DNA of 33,299 nt from a virus (IMGVR_UViG_3300020129_000193:1-33299), one strand, 5' to 3'; numbered from the stretch's first letter, positions 1 through 8,337 are shown. Notes: generated from the sequence alone by a model not told the origin. Translations and numbers: made by a program.

Positions 1-1
1 C

Positions 2-1465
2 CTGTCCCTGGTTGATGAATGGTCGTCTCGTGCCAGGGCCGACAACGGCCAGTACAGCAGCGCCCGCACCCAGCCCGAAAAGCACGCCGGCTTCAAACGG
101 CAGACGGGGCGTGTCGCGACGCTGGGGACGCTTATCCATTACGCTAAGCTGGGCGGCTGGACCCCGCCGCCGCAACCGCTGAACCTCGTGACGCGCGGCC
201 GGCGGGCCAAAGCCGAGAGCAAGTTGGACGAACTGCCCAATCCGGGCTACGACGACCTCCCCTGGCTGTTGCAGCGCCTCTACGACCACCTCGGCCCGCT
301 GGTCGAGGGCCTGCCGCGCGACCTGGTGACGGTCGTCGGCCTGACCGCGTCCTCGATCCTCTGGCCTGGCGTCAGGTTCGAGAACCTGCCGCTCGCCCTC
401 TTCGTCAACCTCGTGATGGAGCAGGGGTCGGGCAAGTCGAAGGTCACGACGGAACTGGAGCGGTTGTTCCGCCTGGTCAAGGGCGTGGACGCCACCCTCT
501 TCACCTCCGGCTCGCCGCAGGGGATGTACACCGCGCTGGCGAAGTCGGACTCGAAGCGCATGTACGCCTCGTTCGACGAGTTCGGGGACTTCCTCGCCAC
601 GCTGAAACACGACTACATGGCGAATGCGCGCGGCGTGCTGAACTCGCTCTACGACGGGCGCGACGTGTCCTACCAGCTGGCCCGGTCCGCGGTCGTCATC
701 GACAACCCGCACGTCGTCGTGGTGGCGACGACGACCCCCAGGATGTTCTTCGACAACGTGACCCCGACCGACCTGGAGGCCGGGTTCGCCTCGCGCTTCT
801 GGTATCTGGCGCCCTGGTGGGAGAACAAGGGGGTGCATGACTACCCGACGCAGGCCGCCCGCGTGTCCCTCGCCAACCAGATCGCGGAACACGTCGCGGC
901 CCACGCGCACGTCACCCAGGTCCGGTTCGACTGCCCGGCGGGGACGGTCCCGCCGGAGTACGCGGCGTACGAGGCCGAGTGCGGCATCAACACGGGGGAA
1001 AGGCGAGGGATACGCGATGCGCTGGATAACCCGAAGACCCCCAAGGGTCGGTATCTCGCCAGGGTCAAACGAGTGGCCGGCGGTCTGGAAATGCTGGACA
1101 TTCGTCCACGAGTCCACGGCAACACTGTGGTCGTCCGCGACACCTATCTCCGGCTCGCCCTCGTCCTCGTCCGACGCACCGCCGTCTACGCCGACCTCAT
1201 CCTCGAACTCGTCGCCGCGACGGAGGACGAAGGAAGCTTGAAGAAGCTCCGCCGTGTGCTGGCGGCGAAGGAGGGCGGGGCCACGCGCGCCGACCTCTTG
1301 CAACTCGGCCACGTCCGGGCGCAAGACCTCAACCGCCTCTTGCCGATCCTCGTGGAGAACGGCGAGTGCGTCGAGGTGCCGGGGCCGGGGGGCAAGGTGG
1401 TCTACCGCACCAGCGGGATCGCTGGTGGGGGGCCGGGGCTGCGGTTACTGGACGCGGCGGACTAG
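2..1465 (+). CDS. Primase-helicase, 5'-truncated by the window: PriCT-2 domain followed by DUF3987-type P-loop helicase and a C-terminal winged-helix-like segment
   Basis: The frame is open from base 2: LVDEWSSR..QY..KHAGF..ATLGTLIHYAKLGGW is PriCT-2-like. Walker A MEQGSGKS, Walker B ASFDEFG, and LNSLYDG and GFASRF motifs are typical of DUF3987. The track start at 188 is internal. Confidence 0.85.
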   Translation: MSLVDEWSSRARADNGQYSSARTQPEKHAGFKRQTGRVATLGTLIHYAKLGGWTPPPQPLNLVTRGRRAKAESKLDELPNPGYDDLPWLLQRLYDHLGPLVEGLPRDLVTVVGLTASSILWPGVRFENLPLALFVNLVMEQGSGKSKVTTELERLFRLVKGVDATLFTSGSPQGMYTALAKSDSKRMYASFDEFGDFLATLKHDYMANARGVLNSLYDGRDVSYQLARSAVVIDNPHVVVVATTTPRMFFDNVTPTDLEAGFASRFWYLAPWWENKGVHDYPTQAARVSLANQIAEHVAAHAHVTQVRFDCPAGTVPPEYAAYEAECGINTGERRGIRDALDNPKTPKGRYLARVKRVAGGLEMLDIRPRVHGNTVVVRDTYLRLALVLVRRTAVYADLILELVAATEDEGSLKKLRRVLAAKEGGATRADLLQLGHVRAQDLNRLLPILVENGECVEVPGPGGKVVYRTSGIAGGGPGLRLLDAAD

Positions 1466-2065
1466 GAGGGGAAGATGGAAAAGCCGGGCATCGCCCTGGT
1501 CCCGAACAGGATCGCGCGGCCCTTCATCGAGAGACATCACTATCTCCATCGTTCGCTCCACATGGGGCAGTTGCACTACGGGCTGTACGATGGCGACCAA
1601 CTCAACGGGGTGTTGACCTTCGGGTATCCGGCGTTCAGTCGTTGTCTCGGGTTTCACGGGCTGGATTACCTGGAGTTTGCCCGTTGCGTCACCCTCAGGA
1701 AGGACGACCCTAACCTGCTCTCCTGGGCGGTGGCGCGGGTGCTTGATTGGGTCGCGAGGGACTGGGCGTGCAAGTACCCGGCACGCACGCCGATCCTCCT
1801 GGTCGTGTCGTATGCCGACCTCACGCGACATACCGGCGGGCTGTACCGGGCCTGCAACTTCATCGACACCGGGACGATCAAGGGCCACCACGGCTACGGG
1901 GCCGGGAAGGTTCACCGCAAGGAACACGGCGACGGACTCGGGCAGAAGCAACGCTATGTCTACCCGCTGGCCCCGCTAGTGCGGCGGCGGCTATGGACGG
2001 AACTCTCGCGGCGTTCTCTGCCCGGCGTGGGACCGGGGCTGCGGCTGCTGGACGCGGCGGACTAA
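1430..2065 (+). repeat. 36-bp imperfect direct repeat (1430-1465 and 2030-2065), both copies encoding GPGLRLLDAAD-stop
   Basis: gggccggggctgcggttactggacgcggcggactag vs ggaccggggctgcggctgctggacgcggcggactaa: 32/36 identical, 600 bp apart, all differences synonymous. Confidence 0.95.
1475..2065 (+). CDS. mom: Mom-family (GNAT-fold) DNA adenine modification enzyme
   Basis: Motifs FIERHHYLH, GVLTFG, LEFAR and VVSYAD..HTGGLYRACNF..TG match Mu Mom-like proteins. SD GGAGGG lies before the ATG. Confidence 0.82.
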   Translation: MEKPGIALVPNRIARPFIERHHYLHRSLHMGQLHYGLYDGDQLNGVLTFGYPAFSRCLGFHGLDYLEFARCVTLRKDDPNLLSWAVARVLDWVARDWACKYPARTPILLVVSYADLTRHTGGLYRACNFIDTGTIKGHHGYGAGKVHRKEHGDGLGQKQRYVYPLAPLVRRRLWTELSRRSLPGVGPGLRLLDAAD

Positions 2066-2132
2066 AATCAATCCTGGGGCGTTTTCGCCCGTGTGCCCAG
2101 GGCGGAACCCCCGCACGGGTCTTGGAGGACAC

Positions 2133-2381
2133 ATGAAAACTTCCGTCGCGTGTAGCCCCTCTGTAGAGGCCAGAAAGGGCATTGCCTTCCGGGTGGGCGA
2201 CTGGGTCTGGTTCGACGTGCGCCGGGACGCTGAGACGCATCGGGCGGTCCCGCGTACCGGGACGGGCGTAGTCGTGCGCGACCTGACGAGAAACCGTGCC
2301 GAGTCGTGCGACTACGAGGTGGAAACGGACGGCCACGGGCGGCTCTGCTTCCGCCGGGGGGAGCTGACGCCGTGGCACTGA
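2133..2381 (+). CDS. Small hypothetical protein, possible SH3/KOW-like beta barrel
   Basis: GGAGG SD before ATG 2133. The pattern FRVGDWV..GTGVVV..YEVETD..LCFRRGELT is typical of small phage SH3-like proteins. Confidence 0.65.
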   Translation: MKTSVACSPSVEARKGIAFRVGDWVWFDVRRDAETHRAVPRTGTGVVVRDLTRNRAESCDYEVETDGHGRLCFRRGELTPWH

Positions 2382-3478
2382 AAGGCTACGCGCCGGGCGC
2401 GGTGACGATCCAGCGGTGGGAACTGGTCGAGGGCGAGCGAGTGGTCAAACCCGCTGTCGTCCCGGCGCTCATCCATGAAGCGGGCTACCTGGCGATGCAC
2501 AAGCCGGTCGTGGAAGGATACGGACTGTGGACAATTTCTCACGTCCCCACCGGGATGAAGATCGCGACCCTGCCGACGCAGGCGGCGGCGCGACAGGCTA
2601 TTGGCTTATTGGTATCCCTCCCTGGATTAGAAAAGCCGACGCCTTCCTGCGCTCCCTCCGAGGTATCGGCTTTGCTGTCCAGCCTGCCGCCTTCGCCCGC
2701 GAGGACGACAACGACGCGCTCCTCACGGCCGTCTGGCACGCGCGGGACGAAGGACGGCCCCTCGTCCTGCTCCCCGGTCCCCCCGCCGGGCGTCGTGCCG
2801 ACCCCGGCGACGCGGGCGGCGCTGAACAAGGCGGCGCTGGCGTTCGGGCAACTGTGGAGTGGGGACGCGACGGGAGCTTCTTCCGTCCCCTCGGCTACCC
2901 CGGCGTGGCATGCCCTGGAGAGCGCGGCGGCGACGCTGTGGCGGGAGGAGATCGTGGTCAGGGTGACGCAGCCGCCGAGGGCGATCCTGCTGGAGACGGA
3001 CATCCCCACAACTCCGCCCGTTACGGAGAGACGGAATACACCTACGTCCCCGGACGGGGGGCAGTACGCCTTGCGCGACGGGGCACCGGCCACGCCGGGG
3101 GAGTTCCGGCGGCGGTATCAGACACTCATGGACCTGGGCGATCGGCTGCGGGCGGGTTCGCTGAGATTCCAGACTTTGTATCGTGAGGGCGAGGCGGAAG
3201 GCTGGACGAGCGAACGGCTCGACCGCTGGGAAAAGATCGACGCGAAGTTCCGCGCGCTCGTGGGTGAGGGCTGGCTGGTCTGGAGCGGCGCGGCCTTCTG
3301 CCTCGACTGCGCGCCGGAAGAATTTCGGGTCAATGTTGTCCGCAAGTTGGGGTTCGTCGGGGACCGCGAGCGGGGCTGGCACGAACTCGGCGTGAAGACG
3401 TTCTTGCGCCACCCCGAGATCGCGGACGTGGCCCCGTTACGGCGCGAGATGCGCGAGAAGATTGGGAGCAGGCTGTGA
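2372..3478 (+). CDS. Hypothetical protein, probably mosaic
   Basis: GTG 2372 follows a GGGGAG SD, and the stop overlaps the next start (GTGA). The N-terminal LAMH..WTISHVPTG motif is phage-like. The middle part looks out of frame (see findings). Confidence 0.6.
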   Translation: MALKGYAPGAVTIQRWELVEGERVVKPAVVPALIHEAGYLAMHKPVVEGYGLWTISHVPTGMKIATLPTQAAARQAIGLLVSLPGLEKPTPSCAPSEVSALLSSLPPSPARTTTTRSSRPSGTRGTKDGPSSCSPVPPPGVVPTPATRAALNKAALAFGQLWSGDATGASSVPSATPAWHALESAAATLWREEIVVRVTQPPRAILLETDIPTTPPVTERRNTPTSPDGGQYALRDGAPATPGEFRRRYQTLMDLGDRLRAGSLRFQTLYREGEAEGWTSERLDRWEKIDAKFRALVGEGWLVWSGAAFCLDCAPEEFRVNVVRKLGFVGDRERGWHELGVKTFLRHPEIADVAPLRREMREKIGSRL

Positions 3479-3942
3479 GTGTGATCACGGCGGAAATCGT
3501 GGCGCGGCAGATGTTCGATCGTCTGCCGGTCCCCCGTTGGCTTGTCAAAGACAAGAAGCTGACGACTTTCCACCTCGACCTCCCGCTGCCGCCGAGCGCG
3601 AATGACCTGTGGAAGATCACGCTGCTCTGGCACCGGGGGGCCGTGACGGGGGCGAAAATGGTCAAGACCCCGAAGTACCTCGCCTGGTGGGATGAGGCGG
3701 GTTACGGGGCCAGCTGGCCGCAGGGGTACGAGGACTTCCAGGGGATCGTCCTCCTCTACGTGGACTGCGGGCAGATGGGCCGCACGCGGGACGTGGACAA
3801 CTGCATCAAACCGGTGCAGGACCTCTGCGCCGCCATGCTGGGGGTCAACGACAAGATATTCCGTTTCTGTGCGGCGTTCGAGAGCGACGGTCACGGGGTC
3901 GCGCCCGGCCGGGTGGGCGTGACGCTGGTGCTGGTGGAGTGA
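3475..3942 (+). CDS. rusA: RusA-family Holliday junction resolvase
   Basis: LPLPPSAN..W and RDVDNCIKPVQD..GVND match the RusA D-x-D-N-x-x-K..D catalytic signature. Confidence 0.82.
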   Translation: MSVITAEIVARQMFDRLPVPRWLVKDKKLTTFHLDLPLPPSANDLWKITLLWHRGAVTGAKMVKTPKYLAWWDEAGYGASWPQGYEDFQGIVLLYVDCGQMGRTRDVDNCIKPVQDLCAAMLGVNDKIFRFCAAFESDGHGVAPGRVGVTLVLVE

Positions 3943-4253
3943 CGGCGATGGCGTTCAACGATCCGCTGTGGTGGAAGCGTAGCAAGTGGCACCGGGCCGG
4001 GATCACCCCGCAGGTCGAGGCGCAGGAAGGGCGGCGGCTGTCGCACAACGTCGGCACCGCGCGCCACCCGCGTGTTGCCGCGAAGGCCCGGCGCAAGACC
4101 TCCGGCGGGGGCTACCGGAATCGCCCCTCGCCGCTCGCGCGGGCGCTCGGCTACCACCCCGGCGGGCCGCGACGCGACCCCGAAATACAGGCCCGCCTGG
4201 CGGCGGGCTATTACGACGAACTACGACGGCAGTTCGAGCAGGCCGATGAGTGA
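3939..4253 (+). CDS. Basic hypothetical protein
   Basis: Coupled to rusA by a GTGA overlap. GC-rich third codon positions. Confidence 0.6.
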   Translation: MTAMAFNDPLWWKRSKWHRAGITPQVEAQEGRRLSHNVGTARHPRVAAKARRKTSGGGYRNRPSPLARALGYHPGGPRRDPEIQARLAAGYYDELRRQFEQADE

Positions 4254-4467
4254 CCTGGTGCGGGGGGCGCGGTCGTCGGCGGCCTGCATCGCGGCGCGAC
4301 TGGTGGCGATCAAGGCCCCGCTGACCCCGGAGCAGTACGCGCGGCTTATCCGCGTGGTGGCCGAGAAAGAAAACTGGGACCGCCCGCCGATGACGGCGGC
4401 GGCGAGGGAGCGGGTGCAATATGGGTGCCGGAAACGCGATCGTGACCCTGGTAGAGGCCCCGGATGA
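4246..4467 (+). CDS. Hypothetical protein (MSDLVRGARSS...)
   Basis: The ATG overlaps the end of the previous gene, and codon bias is coding-like up to about 4420. The tail overlaps the next ORF. Confidence 0.5.
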   Translation: MSDLVRGARSSAACIAARLVAIKAPLTPEQYARLIRVVAEKENWDRPPMTAAARERVQYGCRKRDRDPGRGPG

Positions 4468-4675
4468 CCCGAAGTTGCCGTTCCACTTCACGCGGGAATG
4501 TTACGGGCTGTGCCGCGACCTCCTGCATCTCTATCCCAAGACCGAGGGCGAGGGTTCGATTCGGGTACGCCACGGCGACGGGGAGGCGATGCGCGATTTC
4601 ACCCCGGACGAGTACCACAGTTGGGCGTTTCTGGAGTGGATCGCCGCGGTGCATCGCTACGAGGAGGGACGATGA
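4421..4675 (+). CDS. Hypothetical protein
   Basis: AGGGAG upstream, protein-like composition, and the stop overlaps the next ATG (ATGA). Confidence 0.6.
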   Translation: MGAGNAIVTLVEAPDDPKLPFHFTRECYGLCRDLLHLYPKTEGEGSIRVRHGDGEAMRDFTPDEYHSWAFLEWIAAVHRYEEGR

Positions 4676-4935
4676 GTACGCAGTTCAAACGGCAGACCGA
4701 CCTCCGCCGGTCGAGCGGACTCAGGCTCTCGACGCCCGTGCGCTCGTTGGTCGAGCGGGTGGCGGACAGCGCAGGTTTGACCTACTCCGACGCGATCAGG
4801 ATGCTGGTCGAGGAGGCGCTGGCGGCGCGGGCGGGGATACCCGTCGAGCAGATCGTCGGCGAACTGGACGGGGTGCGTTTCGTCCTCGGGCAGATCGAGG
4901 CGCGACTGGATAGCATCGAGAGCAAGGTCGGCTAG
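4672..4935 (+). CDS. Ribbon-helix-helix (CopG/Arc-like) DNA-binding protein with C-terminal coiled coil
   Basis: GAGGAGG SD. SSGLRLSTPVRSLVERVADSAGLTYSDAIRMLVEEAL fits the RHH beta-alpha-G-x-S/T-alpha pattern. Confidence 0.75.
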   Translation: MSTQFKRQTDLRRSSGLRLSTPVRSLVERVADSAGLTYSDAIRMLVEEALAARAGIPVEQIVGELDGVRFVLGQIEARLDSIESKVG

Positions 4936-5252
4936 GGTGTCGGCGGGGTGGGCGGCAGCGGCTCGACCGGGCGCTTGGGCAGGGTCGCGGGGTCCACCAC
5001 GGGGCGATCCTCGGGGTCGGGGCGGGCCACGTAGCCCGCCACCATCATCGACCCCTGCGTCAGGAGCCAGGTCGTGAGCCAGATCAGCGCCGCCAGCACC
5101 TCGGGCGGCATGGTCGGGTCCACCTTCGCCGCGACGTAGGCCACGAAGATACCAACCGCGCCGCCCACCGTCAGGCCGGTCCCGGCGCTGACCTTCCATT
5201 TCTGCGTCAGCTTGCCCTTGGCGATCTTGTATTTCGGCGCGGTCGCGGTCAT
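4932..5252 (-). CDS. Two-TM membrane protein, holin-like
   Basis: Basic N-terminus, two hydrophobic helices (GLTVGGAVGIFVAYVA; VLAALIWLTTWLL..MVAGY) and a Pro-rich tail. Last gene of the late arm. Confidence 0.65.
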   Translation of the reverse strand: MTATAPKYKIAKGKLTQKWKVSAGTGLTVGGAVGIFVAYVAAKVDPTMPPEVLAALIWLTTWLLTQGSMMVAGYVARPDPEDRPVVDPATLPKRPVEPLPPTPPTP

Positions 5253-5278
5253 TCCGTCACTCCCGAAAGGATGGGGAC

Positions 5279-5503
5279 ATGAGACAATTGTTCCACTGGC
5301 CCGTCGCGGGCAGGCGCATGGACTGGGAAATACTCTACGAGCCGCGCGACCTCTGGATCGGCGTCTTCTGGGACAAGCGCACCGGAGAGCCGGGTAAGCC
5401 CTGGATGGCCCATGACAGGTTTTGGCATGTCTACGTCTGCCTGCTCCCCTGCCTGCCCTGGCACATCTGGTGGTACGCCAACGAGACGACCTGGGACGAC
5501 TAG
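5279..5503 (+). CDS. Small Trp-rich hypothetical protein, antisense to the late operon
   Basis: The EPRDLWIGVFWD...YVCLLPCLP pattern is one I recognise from small phage proteins. It fills the gap between two minus-strand genes and has GC-rich third positions. Confidence 0.72.
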   Translation: MRQLFHWPVAGRRMDWEILYEPRDLWIGVFWDKRTGEPGKPWMAHDRFWHVYVCLLPCLPWHIWWYANETTWDD

Positions 5504-5507
5504 GCGG

Positions 5508-5810
5508 TCACAGCGCACGCTCCAGGTCCAGCTCGAAGGTCTGCGAACCGGAGTCGTTCGTGTCGGCGTGGAAACCGACGACGTGGACGATGATGGCGTG
5601 CTGGTGCGCGAAGCAGGCCGACACCTGCGGGCCGGAAATGTCGACCCGGTCCTGCCGCTCGCGCGCCAGTTCGGCCTTGCCCCAGTCGCGCACGACGACC
5701 CAGCCGTCCTCGATGGTCACGTAGTAGATCGCCGCCGTGTAGGGCGACATCAGCAGGCACCCGCCGCGCCCGCGCTGGTTGTTCGGGATGCTGTCCCGGC
5801 GAATCTGCAT
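5508..5810 (-). CDS. Hypothetical protein
   Basis: AGGAGG SD before the ATG. Coding-like codon bias. Confidence 0.75.
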   Translation of the reverse strand: MQIRRDSIPNNQRGRGGCLLMSPYTAAIYYVTIEDGWVVVRDWGKAELARERQDRVDISGPQVSACFAHQHAIIVHVVGFHADTNDSGSQTFELDLERAL

Positions 5811-5817
5811 GGTCCTC

Positions 5818-6186
5818 CTAGGCGACGTTGAGGGTGCGCGAGGTTTCGTTCCAGCTCGTCCCGTTGAAGATGAAGCGGAACATATCGCGCCTGCTGGCCG
5901 TGGTCGTCAGGGTCGGGCTGGCCGCGCCGGCGAAGTGGTAGATCGCGTTCCAGGTCACGGTGCGCGAGCCGGTGCCGTCCTGCACGATGGTGAGGTCCAG
6001 CACGAGGCCGGGGCGTCCGTTGACCGGCGCGGCGATGGTGATATTCCCGGCGGGCATCTGGACGATGAAGTGGTTGCCGTTGAACATGTTCGGGGTGAAG
6101 GTGCCCGCCGCCGCCGGGGCGGCGCTGGCGATGAGAAAATCGTCCTGCCCCCGCCCCTTGACGACCGACCGCTGGGTCACGCTCAT
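5818..6186 (-). CDS. Small virion/tail-fibre-associated beta protein
   Basis: The QDGTGSRTVTW..FAGAASPTLTTTA..D.F.F..NGTSW motif is common in phage fibre/spike proteins. GAGGAGG SD. Confidence 0.78.
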   Translation of the reverse strand: MSVTQRSVVKGRGQDDFLIASAAPAAAGTFTPNMFNGNHFIVQMPAGNITIAAPVNGRPGLVLDLTIVQDGTGSRTVTWNAIYHFAGAASPTLTTTASRRDMFRFIFNGTSWNETSRTLNVA

Positions 6187-6196
6187 CTTGGCCTCC

Positions 6197-8002
6197 TCAG
6201 GCTACTGCCTTCACGGTGAAATTGTCGTAGAGGGCCGTCCCCGTCGTGGGGGTGTCCTCGCAGCCGAACCCGACCCCGGTGCCGGCCGCCAGGGTGGTAT
6301 TGCCCTGCCCGACCAGCGCGCCGTTCCAGTATATCGCCACGTCGGTCCCGCGCACAGCCACCCCGACCGTGTGGACCGTGCCGGTCGTCAGGTCCCCGAT
6401 CTGGATCGCCGTGACCAGCGTGGTCGTGTTGCTGACGTGCTGCCAGACTTCGATCTCGTCGCTCGCCCCCTGGTTGAGGAAGCGGGCGGCGAGGTAGTTC
6501 TGGTTGTCGGTCCAGCGCACGACCACGCCGCAGCGGTAACTCCCGCTGGCGGGGATGGTGATGTCGGCCTGCGCGTAGTGGTCGTTGCCCGCCCCGCCCG
6601 CGCGGATGGCGAACCCGCCGATGTCGTTGGCCCCCGACTGCTTGACTTTGGTGCCGGTGCCGTCGATCACGTAGGTCGGCGTGCCGCCCCCGACATACGC
6701 CTGGTTCGACCAGGCCGCGTCGTGGGTCGTCAGCGCGGTGGCGGCGGTGTCGGTGAAGGCGTCGGTGATCAGCGCCGCGCCGGTGGCGGCGGGCGGGCTG
6801 ATCATGCCGCCGAGGGCGGCGGGCAGGGTCACGCTCGCGGGCCAGGCGGCCAGGTCGTCCACCGGGGTGATCTGCCCGACCGTGGTGATCCCGCCCTGCC
6901 GCTGCCCCGCCCCGTCCGCGCTGGTGGCGCTCACCCAGAGCACGTCGTTGATGTAGAAGGCGATCTCGCTGTTCCAGTCGAACACCCTAAATCTGTAGGT
7001 CGTGTTTGCCTGGAGGGTGACGCCGCCGTTGGAGGAGAGGGTGCTGGCCGAGTAGGACGAGAACAGGTAGGCGTGGGTGGTGTCGAGGACCGCGCTGAGC
7101 CGGTTCGTCCCGTTATCGCGGAAGTCCAGGTAAATCTCTGCCCCGGTGATCGTGGCCGGCGTGGTGAAGGTCGCCGCCCAGAGGCGCGGCTGGCTGCCCG
7201 GGTCGAAGCGCGCCCGCAGGGTGGCCGTGGTGGTGGACTGGAGTTTGCCGCCCGTGGTCGTGCCGGTGCCGGTCCAGACGCTGAGCGCCTGCCCGCCCAC
7301 CTCGGCGACGTAGCCGCTGGCGTTGCCGGCGTTGGTCGTGAACTGGTAGGCCCCGAGCGCCTGCCCGAAGCGACTGCTCGCCAGCGTGCCCGCCGCCGCC
7401 GGGCCGAGGCCGGTCCAGTAGTCCGCGCGCTGCACGCCCGCGCCGTTGGCGATGCCGACGAACACCGGGTCTTGCGCGTCGTCGTCGTCCACCCAGACGA
7501 TCGTGCCCTGCGGGAACTGCCCGAACTGCCCGCCGCTGACGACGTAGACCATGCCACCGCCCGACCGGGCGAAGCAGCAGAGCAGATAGTCGATCATGTA
7601 CAGGCGGGTGCCCGGCCGCTGGAGGGCGTTGCTGGTGACGCCGACGACCTGGATGTTGGGGTAGTTGTAATACAGCCCGCGATCCGCCGTCAGCGGGTTG
7701 GCCGGGTTGCTCGTGCTGGTGAGGAAGAGGCCGAAACTGCTGGCGTTGACCGGGAAACGCACCAGCACCGCCGCCGCGCCGAGCGCCGACCGGGCCACGC
7801 TCGCGGCCTTGTAGTCGGAGGTATTGCCCCAGTTCGCGCCCGCCCCCGCCGCGACCAGGAAGGAACCGTTGGTGGAGAGGTTGTTCCCGCTGTCGCTGAT
7901 CGCGTAGCCCGGCCGGGTGAGCGGGGCGGCCTGGGTGTCCGCGAAGTCGTCGCGCCAGAGCGGCGGGGTGCCGGACGGGGCGAGCAGCAAGAGGAGGGTC
8001 AT
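6197..8002 (-). CDS. Putative receptor-binding/fibre protein (601 aa) with repeated ConA-like beta-sandwich domains
   Basis: True start is ATG 8002 (ATGA overlap). T/G/A-rich, with WRDDF/ITDAF starts, FYINDVL, IYWNGALV and a terminal GVGF..YDNFTV typical of ConA/DUF1080-like folds. Confidence 0.7.
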   Translation of the reverse strand: MTLLLLLAPSGTPPLWRDDFADTQAAPLTRPGYAISDSGNNLSTNGSFLVAAGAGANWGNTSDYKAASVARSALGAAAVLVRFPVNASSFGLFLTSTSNPANPLTADRGLYYNYPNIQVVGVTSNALQRPGTRLYMIDYLLCCFARSGGGMVYVVSGGQFGQFPQGTIVWVDDDDAQDPVFVGIANGAGVQRADYWTGLGPAAAGTLASSRFGQALGAYQFTTNAGNASGYVAEVGGQALSVWTGTGTTTGGKLQSTTTATLRARFDPGSQPRLWAATFTTPATITGAEIYLDFRDNGTNRLSAVLDTTHAYLFSSYSASTLSSNGGVTLQANTTYRFRVFDWNSEIAFYINDVLWVSATSADGAGQRQGGITTVGQITPVDDLAAWPASVTLPAALGGMISPPAATGAALITDAFTDTAATALTTHDAAWSNQAYVGGGTPTYVIDGTGTKVKQSGANDIGGFAIRAGGAGNDHYAQADITIPASGSYRCGVVVRWTDNQNYLAARFLNQGASDEIEVWQHVSNTTTLVTAIQIGDLTTGTVHTVGVAVRGTDVAIYWNGALVGQGNTTLAAGTGVGFGCEDTPTTGTALYDNFTVKAVA

Positions 8003-8334
8003 CGAATCTCCCGCACCACGAGGTCGAGGATCGAGTCCCCGGTCTGCGCCGTCGCCACCAGGGTGAAGAAGTTCCAGGCCAGGAACCACTTCGGGTCGAT
8101 GGCGTAGGCCTTGCTGGCGGCGGCCACGATGGCGAAGGCGGCCCCGGTCGCCGGGTCGCAGAGCGGGTAGAAGGTCGTGCCGTCGACGCTGACCTGGAAG
8201 GTCAGGGAAGTGCCGTCGAAGGTCGAACGGGTAACGATGCCGATCAGCGTCTCCGCCGCACCGAGCGAGACGTTGCTGACCGTCTGCCCGTTCGAGATCG
8301 TGACCGTGCGGAAGTCCGGGCGCACGAACGACAT
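7999..8334 (-). CDS. Small virion beta-sandwich protein
   Basis: The TVTISNGQTVS..LIGI..GTSLTFQVSVDGTTFY pattern is common in phage structural proteins. AAGGAG SD. Confidence 0.72.
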   Translation of the reverse strand: MSFVRPDFRTVTISNGQTVSNVSLGAAETLIGIVTRSTFDGTSLTFQVSVDGTTFYPLCDPATGAAFAIVAAASKAYAIDPKWFLAWNFFTLVATAQTGDSILDLVVREIR

Positions 8335-8337
8335 GAC

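Noticed and set aside
1445-1465. LLDAAD as an ssrA-like ClpXP degron
   Set aside because: ssrA tags end in free Ala-Ala. A terminal Asp is known to block recognition.
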